Below are positions 18,304-27,989 of a DNA stretch of 64,000 nt, piece by piece. The stretch's first letter is position 1; each line of letters begins with the position of its first letter. The notes below the pieces were generated by a model that saw only the letters and a program-made list of their open reading frames with translations, was not told the origin of the DNA and ran no database searches. The stretch is from NCBI GenBank assembly GCA_050246755.1, contig JBFWVL010000003.1, forward strand, positions 64,001 to 128,000. Reading direction: 5' to 3'. This stretch comes from Bacteriovoracia bacterium (lineage in GTDB: Bacteria > Bdellovibrionota > UBA1018 > CAIPTA01). Made by a program: the position numbers and the translations under genes.

Positions 18304-18543
18304 ATGTTGCACCTTCGGCATTCTGCGCCCAGTCATCACCCTAAAGCGAAACGCCGTTACGCACGCGACTGCAATCTTTGCGGCCATGTTTTCATCGCGT
18401 CTGTTCCTCACAGCTGTTTCTGTGATGGTTGTAAGATGAGCAGCGATCTTTACCGGTTCCACGACTGGCTTCCCGACGCACCGGCCGAAATTTCGGATAA
18501 CGTTTTTTCTATAAACCGAACGGGCGGGAAACAGGCCGCCTGA
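18304..18543 (+). CDS. Small zinc-finger-like protein
   Basis: CNLC...CFCDGC; GAGGAG SD; first gene after the sigma-54 promoter. Confidence 0.72.
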   Translation: MLHLRHSAPSHHPKAKRRYARDCNLCGHVFIASVPHSCFCDGCKMSSDLYRFHDWLPDAPAEISDNVFSINRTGGKQAA

Positions 18544-18549
18544 GACGGA

Positions 18550-18891
18550 GTGAGTATGGAAATTATGGGGTCTATTCAAGGGGAAAATGTGGTGATCAGC
18601 GAGCGGGAAAGAATTCAGAAGCTGATGCGGGATTTTATCGGTATCTTGCGGCTGCGGCTAGAGCTGAACGAGGTGGCCTATCGGGTGCATTTCTGGCGCC
18701 CGTTCTTAGGCGCAAAAATTGACTCGCTAATCGAGTTTCGTGCCAACGGCCAGGATGCCTGGTGCGCGCGAGCTAACGGCCCGGACGCTTGGCGGGCATT
18801 CTCGAGAGCGCTGGGAAGTTTAAAGCAAATGATCATGGAAATTGAAATCAGGGAGGATTCACAAAATGCAAACCGCATTACTTCAGTTTAA
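18550..18891 (+). CDS. HPF/RaiA-fold-like protein 1
   Basis: SIQGENVVIS...AYRVHF...SLIEFRANG..WCARANGPDAWRAFSRALGSLKQMI pattern; fold inferred. Confidence 0.55.
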   Translation: MSMEIMGSIQGENVVISERERIQKLMRDFIGILRLRLELNEVAYRVHFWRPFLGAKIDSLIEFRANGQDAWCARANGPDAWRAFSRALGSLKQMIMEIEIREDSQNANRITSV

Positions 18892-19306
18892 AAAAGATGT
18901 GCCGGCCCAAGCGCAGGACAACGTGCTTTTCTTGGATAAAAAACATTTATTGTATCGCCGCATGGAGCGCTGGGTGCGCCTTCAGCAGTTCGTCTATGGC
19001 CTGCCCGATGATTTCTCGTATTCAGTGCATGCCACCGAAAATAGCGGGGTTGTCACTTGCCGCACGCTAGTGAGAGTGGGCTGGATGTCGTGGTACGGCG
19101 TGGGTAAAGCTGCCGACCGCCAACAGGCCCTCTCGGTGGCTTTGCTGGAAACTTCCGAGGCGATCTCGGCGAATGCCTATAAAGTTTTTTTCTATTCGCT
19201 TTCGAAATGGCTGGGGGCCCGCTGGAGATTCACGAAATTGCCTGCGAGATCGAATCTGCCCAAACTGATGAAGAACGCCCGCGAGAACGAGTTGCTGGCG
19301 GGCTAA
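18866..19306 (+). CDS. HPF/dsRBD-fold-like protein 2
   Basis: GGAGG SD; helix-YSVHATE-VTCRTLVRVG-SWYGVGKA-DRQQALSVAL. Confidence 0.5.
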   Translation: MQTALLQFKKDVPAQAQDNVLFLDKKHLLYRRMERWVRLQQFVYGLPDDFSYSVHATENSGVVTCRTLVRVGWMSWYGVGKAADRQQALSVALLETSEAISANAYKVFFYSLSKWLGARWRFTKLPARSNLPKLMKNARENELLAG

Positions 19307-19327
19307 AGCGAACGAAGGAGGTGCGTG

Positions 19328-19696
19328 ATGGAAAATGTGTACTCAATCACCGGTGGCAAGCCGGACGGCGAGCGAGGAGTGTCGCTTACGGGAGAAGTGA
19401 TCTATGAATCAATTCACCGGGCGATCAATAAGCAGGCGCTGAAGCGCTTCATTCATCGTTCGATACAGAGGCGCCTAAGGGAGGTGCCCAATGGCCTTAT
19501 TTGGGCGAGCTATTTGGTAATTTTCTCTCCGGGGCAAGATTACGAAGAGGTTCGCTGCCAAGTGGACGTGGAGACCGACGGCGATCGCGCCGGTTTTTCC
19601 ATCGGTTATGGGCAGCGGCCTAACCACGCTTTCAATGATGCGATCGAAAGAATGCAGTGGTACGAAAAAAATGTTCCGCTACAGCTGAGCGTTTAG
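19328..19696 (+). CDS. HPF/dsRBD-fold-like protein 3
   Basis: AAGGAGGT SD; LKRFIHRSI-SYLVIF-VRCQVDVE-GFSIGYG-PNHAFNDAIERM. Confidence 0.5.
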   Translation: MENVYSITGGKPDGERGVSLTGEVIYESIHRAINKQALKRFIHRSIQRRLREVPNGLIWASYLVIFSPGQDYEEVRCQVDVETDGDRAGFSIGYGQRPNHAFNDAIERMQWYEKNVPLQLSV

Positions 19697-19736
19697 ATTT
19701 TCTGAGAATTCCATTCTGGCGATGAAGGGGACTACG

Positions 19737-20081
19737 ATGAAATATAACTTCAGTGATTCTATGGGCAATGAACTAGCGCAGCGCCGGGCCGACCTTCGGG
19801 TGCAGGCACTAGTGCAGCGCTGGTACGAGAATATCAGAAGCCGCTTGCCGGCGGGGAGCTCGCTGGTGGCGAATCTGGAAGAGGCCGCGCCGATGGGCTT
19901 CATGGTATCTTTCCGCGCCCAAACGGAGAAAGAGACTTTCATCTCTGAGGCTCGCGGAACCGAACCCGGCAAAGTGGTGGAAGAGGCGGGCCAGAGCCTG
20001 TATCAGCGCTTGGCTCAGCTCGGAGAGGGGCGAGCGAGCTTTAAAGACAAACTGAGGAAATTATTTTCCGAGGCCAGCTAA
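19737..20081 (+). CDS. HPF/RaiA-fold-like protein 4
   Basis: LPAGSSLVANLE-FMVSFRAQT-FISEARGTEPGKVVEEAGQSLYQRL. Confidence 0.55.
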   Translation: MKYNFSDSMGNELAQRRADLRVQALVQRWYENIRSRLPAGSSLVANLEEAAPMGFMVSFRAQTEKETFISEARGTEPGKVVEEAGQSLYQRLAQLGEGRASFKDKLRKLFSEAS

Positions 20082-20138
20082 TTGTGCTCCGCGATTGTAC
20101 TTGGGGCAGGAAATCGGGTAAAAGCACTCACGAATAAT

Positions 20139-20540
20139 ATGACAAATTGCACCGTACTTTTAGTTGAGGACGATAGGGACCTTCAAGAGGTGGCTTCCGA
20201 GCTGCTGCTAGAAGAAGGATTCGATTTGCGGCTGGCCACTACGGGCCAGGAAGTTCTCACATTGCTAAAGGGCGGTTTCCGGCCGGGATGTATTCTACTG
20301 GATTTGGGCTTGCCTGATATGAGCGCTGCTGATTTTCTCGAGCGGTATACCGCTATTCCGGGAGCCTCTGAGTTGCCTATCGTGCTAGTTTCGGGAAATT
20401 CGGACATTGGGGATTGGGCCAAACGCTTTAAGACAAGGCGCATTATTCGTAAACCCTATGGCCTAGAATCCCTGGTTGATTCTGTCACTGAGTTTTGTGG
20501 CCAGCCTAAAGCTCTTACCTCTTCTCCTGCCCCCCTCTAG
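20139..20540 (+). CDS. Single-domain response regulator
   Basis: VLLVEDD, LLDLGLPDM, KPYGL. Confidence 0.9.
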   Translation: MTNCTVLLVEDDRDLQEVASELLLEEGFDLRLATTGQEVLTLLKGGFRPGCILLDLGLPDMSAADFLERYTAIPGASELPIVLVSGNSDIGDWAKRFKTRRIIRKPYGLESLVDSVTEFCGQPKALTSSPAPL

Positions 20541-20543
20541 GGA

Positions 20544-20648
20544 TTGCTGAAAATTGCAACAGTGCGCACTGGTGAAATGCAACAGGACGCAAGGCGTAAG
20601 TACTTGTAATCCAAAGGAAAAGCATTAGGGGTTGGCATTGGGCTTGCA
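20544..20648 (+). promoter_or_regulatory. sigma-54 promoter with candidate activator repeats
   Basis: TGGCATTGGGCTTGCA (20633-20648, GG-N10-GC); TGCAACAG at 20555 and 20578; IHF-like TAAGTACTTG between repeats and promoter. Confidence 0.75.
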
Positions 20649-20690
20649 CTTATCTGGGCGAGAAACCCTCATTCAATAAATGGAGATACT

Positions 20691-20921
20691 ATGAAAAAAC
20701 TAAGCCTCGTTCTCGCTCTCTGTGCTTTCATCGCTGCCCCTGCTTTCGCTAACGAACACGGTGGAGCCACTGCTGCTGCTGACGCTACTGCTTCCAACGA
20801 AACCGCTAAAGCTCCTGCTAAGCACGGCAAAACCAAAGGCAAAAAAGCTAAAGGCAAAATGCACAGCGAAAAAGCTGCTCCTGCCGCTCACGAAGAGCAC
20901 GAAGAAGCTGCCCATCAGTAA
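20691..20921 (+). CDS. Small secreted Ala/Lys/His-rich protein
   Basis: Signal peptide ending AFA; low-complexity mature part with HEEHEE tail; GGAG SD; GCT/AAA-biased codons. Confidence 0.82.
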   Translation: MKKLSLVLALCAFIAAPAFANEHGGATAAADATASNETAKAPAKHGKTKGKKAKGKMHSEKAAPAAHEEHEEAAHQ

Positions 20922-20942
20922 GCTCTAGCTTTTCTGAAGGAT

Positions 20943-20988
20943 AAAGAGCTGGTGATTGCCCTCGGGCATCCCGGCTCTTTTCTTTTTT
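20943..20988 (+). terminator. Intrinsic terminator
   Basis: AAAGAGCTGG...CCGGCTCTTT followed by a T-rich tail. Confidence 0.7.
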
Positions 20989-21029
20989 GGCCTTCCCAAA
21001 ATCACTCTCGTTTAAGGTAGATTGCCCTC

Positions 21030-22451
21030 ATGCAATGGCTCGATTTTCGTCAGCGGATTTACCGCCTAGACCTGCAAGCCAAGGTTATTCTGGTGCTGGT
21101 TCTTGTGACCGCCCCCGTCTACTTGTTGGTGAGCTTTGCGGTTTCGCAGCTGACCCTGCCCGTGATCGAAGAAGAGATGCGTGTGCTCGGCGTGCATGCG
21201 GCCCGCTCTCTCGCCGATGAATTGCAGAACGATCGTTTCCTCATGGTTGGTAAGCCGGAGGACATCGAACAAAAACTCCGGGAAGTTTTCTATTTTCAGC
21301 CCAGCGTGGTGCAGGTGGACGCTTTTCGCAAGAACGAAGCCGGGCTGATTGAGCTGGCCGGCACCACCGAAGATCCCACGATGGTGGTGCGTCCTCCCGG
21401 CGAAGTGCTTCCCGACCACATGCTCTCTTTCCGCAAAAAATTCGAAGATGGCCGCGGTTTCTGGGAAATTTGGGTGCCCGTCCGCTCCAAGCGCGGCTCG
21501 CTCAATGGGGTGGTGCGTGTGGAAGTGTCGGTGCAAACCGCCACTACTCTAGGGCATGCCGTTTCCAAGATCATGTTTTTTGCCGGCGCGATCAATATTG
21601 TGCTGCTGCTCGTGGCCCTCAGTTATTTTTTACGCAAAACCATCGCCAACGATCGCAAGCTGCGCCAGGCGGAATTTCAGAACGTGGAGCTGAGCAAGCA
21701 GCTGCGGGACGCTGAGCGACAAGTGATGCTAAAGGAGAAGCTAGCGGTGATGGGGCAGCTCACGGCTAGCTTCGCCCACGAGATCGGAACCCCACTGAAT
21801 GCCATCGGCGGGCACTTGCAGCTTCTGCAGGAAAATCTTCGTGCGGCTAAAGGCGATCAGGCGTGGCTGAACCGTCTCGAGATCGTGAGCGATCAGTTGC
21901 TGAAGATCGAGAATATCGTGAAGGGGTTTCTGCAGAGCACGGCCAAGCCACCCTCGCAGTTCCAGCTGCTCGACATCAACCAGGTACTGGAAAAAACGCT
22001 CGGGATCGTGAGCCCGAGAATTGATTCCCTGGGCGTAAGGCTGGAGAAAAGCCTAGATAAAAAACTCGGGCCCATTCGCGCTGTTCCGCTCGATATCGAG
22101 CAAGTTTTTCTTAATTTGCTGAATAATTCTCTCGATAGCATAGAGTCGAAGCAGCGTGAGCATCCTTACTCCGCCGCGAAGCTTGAAATTTTTTCCCGCT
22201 ACTGCAAGGAGGGCCTCGAGGAGTGGGTGGAACTCGGCGTGATGGATTCGGGCGAGGGGATTCCCAAGCAAGACATCAAGAAAGTATTTAAGCCCTTTTT
22301 TACCACCAAGGCGGTGGGGGAGGGCACGGGCCTGGGTCTCACGATTTGCCAGGAGATTGCCGGTAAGTACCGCGGGAAGCTGGAAATCGAATCGCGTGAA
22401 GGCGCCTGGACAAAAGTTACCCTGCAGATGCCTTACGGAGTAAATGCATGA
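21030..22451 (+). CDS. Membrane sensor histidine kinase (NtrB/ZraS-like)
   Basis: Two TM segments, FAHEIGTPL, NLLNNS, DSGEGI, PFFTTK, GTGLGL. Confidence 0.93.
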   Translation: MQWLDFRQRIYRLDLQAKVILVLVLVTAPVYLLVSFAVSQLTLPVIEEEMRVLGVHAARSLADELQNDRFLMVGKPEDIEQKLREVFYFQPSVVQVDAFRKNEAGLIELAGTTEDPTMVVRPPGEVLPDHMLSFRKKFEDGRGFWEIWVPVRSKRGSLNGVVRVEVSVQTATTLGHAVSKIMFFAGAINIVLLLVALSYFLRKTIANDRKLRQAEFQNVELSKQLRDAERQVMLKEKLAVMGQLTASFAHEIGTPLNAIGGHLQLLQENLRAAKGDQAWLNRLEIVSDQLLKIENIVKGFLQSTAKPPSQFQLLDINQVLEKTLGIVSPRIDSLGVRLEKSLDKKLGPIRAVPLDIEQVFLNLLNNSLDSIESKQREHPYSAAKLEIFSRYCKEGLEEWVELGVMDSGEGIPKQDIKKVFKPFFTTKAVGEGTGLGLTICQEIAGKYRGKLEIESREGAWTKVTLQMPYGVNA

Positions 22452-23812
22452 TCACGAACACGCTTCTGGTGGTGGACGACGATCGGGTGACCCGCGAGTT
22501 GCTGCGCGAGGTATTCGAGGCCGAGCACTATACCGTTCGCTTGGCCGCCAGCGGAGAAGAGGCGCTGGCGATCTTAGCCAAGGAAAATGCGCCCCTGGTT
22601 CTCTCCGACATTCGCATGCTCGGTATTGATGGAATCGAGCTCTTGGGGCGTATCCGCAAATTGCACCCAGATTCCCTCGTGATCCTCATGACCGGTTTCG
22701 GCAACCTCGACGGTGCCGTGCGGGCTATTCAGGAGGGAGCCTTCGACTATATTTCCAAGCCTTTCCGTATTCAGGAGCTGAAGGCGCTGGTGGCCAGGGC
22801 CCACAAGCAGTGGAAGTCGCTACGCGAAGAAGGCCGGCCCGTGGGCGGACCCGCGCAGTTGCCGCGCCGTACGTTGATCGGGAAGTCGCCCATGATCGTG
22901 GATGTTTATAAAAATCTAGCCAGGGCCGCGCTTTCGGCTAGCTCCGTGCTGATCGTGGGCGAGAGCGGAACCGGCAAGGAGCTCGTGGCCCGCGCGATTC
23001 ACGAGCATGGCGCCCGCAAAGACAAGCGCTTCCTCGCGATCAATTGCGGAGCCCTTACCGACAGTTTGCTGGAGTCGGAGCTCTTCGGGCACGCCAAAGG
23101 TTCTTTTACCGGCGCGGTGGCAGAGAAGCGTGGTTTGCTCGAAGAGGTAAACGGCGGGACCCTTTTTCTCGATGAAATCGGCGATATTAGCCCTTCCCTG
23201 CAGGTGAAGCTGCTTCGCGTATTGCAAGACGGGGAGTTTAAACCCGTAGGCTCCAACGAGGTTCGGCAAACGGATCTACGCGTGATCGCGGCGACGCACC
23301 GAAATCTGGAGGAGATGATCAAGGCCGGAAAGTTTCGCGATGATTTATATTACCGCCTCAAGGTGATCGAGATCGCGTTGCCTCCCTTGCGCGACCGCCT
23401 GGAAGACCTGCCCGAACTTGTGAATCATTTCGTGGCCCATTACTCCGACGCAAACGGCAAACGCATATCCCACGTTTCGGCGGAGGCCATGGAACTGCTG
23501 GCCCAGCATACCTGGCCAGGAAATGTGCGTGAGCTTGAGCACAGTATCGAACGGGCCGTGGCGATGAGCGGAAGCTCGGTGCTCTTCCCTGAGGATTTTT
23601 CCGGGATGACGCCCAAGACGGCTTCCGAGCCTTTGGCTTCCGCTAAACGTTCCTCGCTCGAAGAAATGGAAAAAGAACATATCCTGCGCGTGCTACGCGA
23701 AACGAACTACAATAAGTCCAAGGCGTCGAATCTACTAGGGATCGACCGGGCCACGCTCTACCGTAAGGCCCAGCGCTACGGTATCGAGCTCCGAGGCGGC
23801 GAATCTAATTAG
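22448..23812 (+). CDS. NtrC/ZraR-family sigma-54 response regulator
   Basis: VVDDD, GESGTGKE, ELFGHAKGSFTGA, WPGNVRELE, LGIDRATLYRK. Confidence 0.95.
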   Translation: MITNTLLVVDDDRVTRELLREVFEAEHYTVRLAASGEEALAILAKENAPLVLSDIRMLGIDGIELLGRIRKLHPDSLVILMTGFGNLDGAVRAIQEGAFDYISKPFRIQELKALVARAHKQWKSLREEGRPVGGPAQLPRRTLIGKSPMIVDVYKNLARAALSASSVLIVGESGTGKELVARAIHEHGARKDKRFLAINCGALTDSLLESELFGHAKGSFTGAVAEKRGLLEEVNGGTLFLDEIGDISPSLQVKLLRVLQDGEFKPVGSNEVRQTDLRVIAATHRNLEEMIKAGKFRDDLYYRLKVIEIALPPLRDRLEDLPELVNHFVAHYSDANGKRISHVSAEAMELLAQHTWPGNVRELEHSIERAVAMSGSSVLFPEDFSGMTPKTASEPLASAKRSSLEEMEKEHILRVLRETNYNKSKASNLLGIDRATLYRKAQRYGIELRGGESN

Positions 23813-26249
23813 TTTTTTTGCGCTTAACGGCGAGGGCGTAGGTGAAAATTTCGTCTACCCTGGAGGCGAATTGAAAGTCGATGCCTTCCAGATGGCGGGC
23901 GGGAATTTCTTTCAGGTCCTTTTTATTTAGGAGCGGAAGGATGATGGTGCGGATGCCGGCCCGTTTTGCGGCCAAAACCTTCTCCTTGATCCCGCCCACT
24001 GGCAGTACTTTTCCCACGAGCGAAAGCTCGCCCGTCATGGCCAAGCGGGGCTTCACGTTCTGCCCCTTCAACAAGGATAAGATCGCAGTAGCCATGGTCA
24101 CCCCCGCCGAAGGGCCGTCTTTGGGCACCGCTCCCGCCGGGATATGCAAGTGGATATCGTGTTTCTGAAACCATTCCGTGGCGCTGAGCTTGGTGGACTT
24201 ACCGGATTTTCCCACCGGCGCGAGCATCGCGCCTTCTTCGGAAAGAATTTTCTTCACGTGCGAGAGTGCGATGCGCGCGCTCTCGATCATCACTTCGCCC
24301 ATTTGCCCGGTAAGGCGCAGCTCGCCTTTTCCCTCGAGCGCGAGAGCCTCAATGAAGAGAATATCGCCCCCCGCGGCGGTCCAGGCAAGGCCAGTAACAA
24401 CGCCCGGTTGGGTGCTGCGCTCGGCCATTTCGTTGAAAAATCGCTGAGGCCCCAGCCATGTATCGAGCTCATTTTCCTTCACGGTGATCGCGGACTTGCT
24501 CCTGCGCTCCACGATCATGCGGGCCACGCGGCGGGAAATCCTGTCCATTTGCTGCTGGAAGGAGCGCACGCCGGGCTCCCGTGCGTAGTCCTGCAGGATT
24601 TTTCTCAGCGTGCTCTTGGGTAGCTGTACCTGCGAGCGGTTCAGGCCGTGTTTTTCCAGGGAACGCGGGATCACGTAGTCGCTGGCGATATGTTCTTTTT
24701 CCTCGAGTGTATAGCCCGGGATCTCGATCACTTCCATCCGGTCCAGGAGCGCGGGCGGAATCGTGGTTAAGGTATTGGCCGTGGCGATGAAAAAAACTTT
24801 TGAAAGATCAAAGGGCACATCGAGGTAGTGGTCGAGAAAAGAGGAATTCTGCTCAGGGTCGAGCACCTCCAGCAGGGCCGAAGCTGGGTCTCCCTGAAAT
24901 CCCATGCCGATCTTGTCGATCTCGTCGAGCATGACCACCGGATTATTTGTGCCCGCGCGTTTCATGCCCTGCAGGATTTTCCCCGGCAGTGCGCCGATAT
25001 ACGTGCGGCGGTGGCCTTTAATCTCGGCTTCATCACGCATTCCGCCCAAAGAGAAGCGGAAAAACTCGCGGCCGAGGCTTTCCGCGATGGATTTACCCAG
25101 CGAAGTTTTGCCCACCCCGGGAGGGCCCACGAAGCATAAAATCGAGCCATGGAATTTCGGCTGCAGTTTTCTCACCGCCAAAAATTCGAGGATGCGGTCC
25201 TTCACCTTTTCGAGGCCGTAGTGGCCCTCTTCGAGCACGCGGCGCGAGTGATTTAAATTGAGATTGTCCTTCGAGCTATGGCTCCATGGCAGGGAAGCGA
25301 TCCAGTCGATATAATTTCGGGCGAGGTTAAACTCCGGGCTCATTTCCGAAATCGTGCTGAGCCGGCGCAGCTCTTCATCGGCCACCTTCAATGCGTGGGG
25401 AGGCAGGTTGGCTTTGGCGATCTTTTCCGTGAGCGCCTTGGTCTCGCGGCTCTTGTCGTCTTCTTCGATGCCCAATTCTTTCTTGATGCTTTTCAGCTGT
25501 TCGCGGAGAAAAAACTCCCGCTGGATTTTATTCACGCGTTGATCTACTTCGGAAGAAAGTTTTTTCTGGAGATTGGAAAGATCCTGCTCTTTGCGGAGGA
25601 ATACGAGCAGCTTCAGCAGGCGTTCCTTAACGTCGGCGGTTTCCACATAGTCCTGGGCTGCGCTGCCGCGGGGGGCGATCGCGAACGCCACTAAATCGGC
25701 CAATGAGCCCTTGGAGGGAGTATTGATCATGGCCATCTTCATCTCTTCGGTGAAAAAAGGGTTGGTTTCGGAAAGCTCGCGCACCTGCAAGATTACCGAT
25801 CTAGCCAGGGCTTCGATCTCGGCGTCTTTCACGTTTCGATCTTCCACGTAATGCACGGTGGCCGCGAGAAAGGGGCTCGATTGAACCGTCGATTCAATCT
25901 CGAAACGCTGTACCCCATGCACGAGCAGGGTCATGGAGCCGTCGGGCATATGCACTTTTTTAAGCACCCGCGCGCTCACGCCCACCTGGTGGAGATCGGC
26001 GAAGTCGTAGGTCACTTCCGAGGACTCGTTCACGTCTTTGGGTGGAGGAAGAACTTTTAGGCGCCGCTTAGGCAGGAGCAATCCCACCATGCTTTTTTCG
26101 CCCAGGGCTTTTTCCACGGCGAGGATACTTTTTCCGCGCGGTACCTGGAGCGTGGCCATAAGGCCGGGCAAAACCGGGCTATGATCCACCGGCAAGATCG
26201 GCAAAACCGCGGGAAGCTTAGGATTTACGACAACCAGCTCTTTACTCAT
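23805..26249 (-). CDS. lon: Lon protease (endopeptidase La)
   Basis: LON N-domain, [28 protein letters not shown] catalytic Ser, GGIKEKVLAA. Confidence 0.97.
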   Translation of the reverse strand: MSKELVVVNPKLPAVLPILPVDHSPVLPGLMATLQVPRGKSILAVEKALGEKSMVGLLLPKRRLKVLPPPKDVNESSEVTYDFADLHQVGVSARVLKKVHMPDGSMTLLVHGVQRFEIESTVQSSPFLAATVHYVEDRNVKDAEIEALARSVILQVRELSETNPFFTEEMKMAMINTPSKGSLADLVAFAIAPRGSAAQDYVETADVKERLLKLLVFLRKEQDLSNLQKKLSSEVDQRVNKIQREFFLREQLKSIKKELGIEEDDKSRETKALTEKIAKANLPPHALKVADEELRRLSTISEMSPEFNLARNYIDWIASLPWSHSSKDNLNLNHSRRVLEEGHYGLEKVKDRILEFLAVRKLQPKFHGSILCFVGPPGVGKTSLGKSIAESLGREFFRFSLGGMRDEAEIKGHRRTYIGALPGKILQGMKRAGTNNPVVMLDEIDKIGMGFQGDPASALLEVLDPEQNSSFLDHYLDVPFDLSKVFFIATANTLTTIPPALLDRMEVIEIPGYTLEEKEHIASDYVIPRSLEKHGLNRSQVQLPKSTLRKILQDYAREPGVRSFQQQMDRISRRVARMIVERRSKSAITVKENELDTWLGPQRFFNEMAERSTQPGVVTGLAWTAAGGDILFIEALALEGKGELRLTGQMGEVMIESARIALSHVKKILSEEGAMLAPVGKSGKSTKLSATEWFQKHDIHLHIPAGAVPKDGPSAGVTMATAILSLLKGQNVKPRLAMTGELSLVGKVLPVGGIKEKVLAAKRAGIRTIILPLLNKKDLKEIPARHLEGIDFQFASRVDEIFTYALAVKRKKTN

Positions 26250-26316
26250 ACAAAGAATTTGGGCACGAAAAAGGTTTTGGCAAGCGGCCAAGTATTTAGG
26301 ATACAACGCGCTCCGC

Positions 26317-26820
26317 TTATTGTTCCTGAATCTTCTGCCGCAGTTTTTTGGCCATTAGATCGTAGGCGGAGGGGGAAGGATCTACGCTTTTCCAGCCGTT
26401 AGCCTCGCCGGATTTTAGGTCGACGTTCTGGATTTCTTCTTCCACGCCGAATGTTACTTGGCTGCCGGCCAAATTTGGCACCGCCGTATAAGAATATTTC
26501 CGGCGCATACCGAGGAGCTTACGGCGCGGGCTGCCATTGAAGTAGAACTCTACGTATTTGTCCCTGGAAGTGGAATATACCCAGCCCGTGCGCACGCTTT
26601 CGTCGTTCCCCTTGAGGGCGCCGGTGGACGGAGGACTGCTTTCACGGCTGAGTTCATCGAGCACGGCCCGAGCGGCGCGCAAAATTGTTTCCGGGGTTTC
26701 GGTGAAAGAGCGGGAGGTGGCAAATTTAGGGGCATTTTCCTCTTCTTTGTATTTGCCTTTAGGGCCGCTCGAACAAGCGGTGAGGGCGAGGAGAACGGTA
26801 AGGGCGCTGATTATTTTCAT
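26317..26820 (-). CDS. Lipoprotein of unknown function
   Basis: Lipobox LTAC; GGAGG SD. Confidence 0.75.
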   Translation of the reverse strand: MKIISALTVLLALTACSSGPKGKYKEEENAPKFATSRSFTETPETILRAARAVLDELSRESSPPSTGALKGNDESVRTGWVYSTSRDKYVEFYFNGSPRRKLLGMRRKYSYTAVPNLAGSQVTFGVEEEIQNVDLKSGEANGWKSVDPSPSAYDLMAKKLRQKIQEQ

Positions 26821-26883
26821 GCCTCCGACCTTACCGTAAAATCACCGTGAAGCAAGGCTGGGGTAGGTGCTAAGCTAGGGGAA

Positions 26884-27930
26884 ATGCTTTGGCGATTGAC
26901 GCGGAAAATTTTATTTTGGCTCGACCCCGAGCTCGCGCATTTTTTTGGCGCTCTCTACTTGCGGCTGCGCGGTTTCGTGACCCAGGGGCGCCCGCGAGTG
27001 GTTCCCGGATCCCGTAAGCGGGCCCATATTGGCGCACTATCCGTGGATTCTCCGCTCGGCGTGGCGGCCGGATTTGATAAAAACGGGGAGCTAGTATTGG
27101 GGCTACGCAGCTTGGGCTTCGGCTTCGTGGAAGTGGGCACCGTTACTCCGCGTCCGCAGGCGGGGAATCCGCGCCCGAGGGTATTTCGCCTACCCGAAGC
27201 GAGGGCGCTCATCAATCGCATGGGGTTCAATAGTCAGGGGGCCGCCGTGGTGGCCGCCCGGCTGGCGGAACTGCGAACCCTTTCCGCCATTCGGTTTCCG
27301 ATCGGCATCAATATTGGTAAAAACCGCGATACTCCTCTCGAGAGGGCGGGAGAAGACTACGTGAGCGCGCTCCAACAGCTCTACGGCGTGGCCGATTATC
27401 TGGTGGTCAATATCAGTTCTCCCAATACTCCTGGCTTAACCGGACTGCAGGAGGGAGATCTTCTGGCGCCTTTGCTTCGCGGGGTGCGCGCGGCGCGCGA
27501 TGCCCAGGCGGGGCGTGGTACCGGAACGCCGAAGCCCCTATTTTTGAAGCTATCTCCCGATCTAGAAGGCCCGGCCCGCAAGCTCGCTGTTGAAACCGCG
27601 GTCGGGGAGGGATTTGAGGGAATCATTGCCTCTAATACCAGTGTGAGAAGAGATTTTTCCGGCTTAGCGGGGGCCAAGGCCGCGACGGTGGCGGAGAAGG
27701 GTGGCCTTAGCGGACTGCCCCTGGCTGAAGACGCGTTGCGCCATATCGGCGAAATCCGTGCGCTCGTGGGCAGCCAGATCACGCTGATTTCCGTGGGGGG
27801 CCTCGCTTCCGCCGAAGACGCGCGCCGACGCCTAGACCACGGGGCCGATCTCCTCCAGGTGTATACCGAGTTCGTCTATTCAGGCCCGGGATTCCCCCGG
27901 GAAATAGCGCAAGGACTATCCTCATTCTAG
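26884..27930 (+). CDS. pyrD: Quinone-dependent dihydroorotate dehydrogenase (class 2)
   Basis: AAGFDKN, INRMGFN, NISSPNTPGL, KLSPD, GGLSG. Confidence 0.96.
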   Translation: MLWRLTRKILFWLDPELAHFFGALYLRLRGFVTQGRPRVVPGSRKRAHIGALSVDSPLGVAAGFDKNGELVLGLRSLGFGFVEVGTVTPRPQAGNPRPRVFRLPEARALINRMGFNSQGAAVVAARLAELRTLSAIRFPIGINIGKNRDTPLERAGEDYVSALQQLYGVADYLVVNISSPNTPGLTGLQEGDLLAPLLRGVRAARDAQAGRGTGTPKPLFLKLSPDLEGPARKLAVETAVGEGFEGIIASNTSVRRDFSGLAGAKAATVAEKGGLSGLPLAEDALRHIGEIRALVGSQITLISVGGLASAEDARRRLDHGADLLQVYTEFVYSGPGFPREIAQGLSSF

Positions 27931-27989
27931 CGGCTTGATTCGTGCCGATAGTCTGTGTTACTGATCAAGCTCATTTTTTGGAGGTTTCT

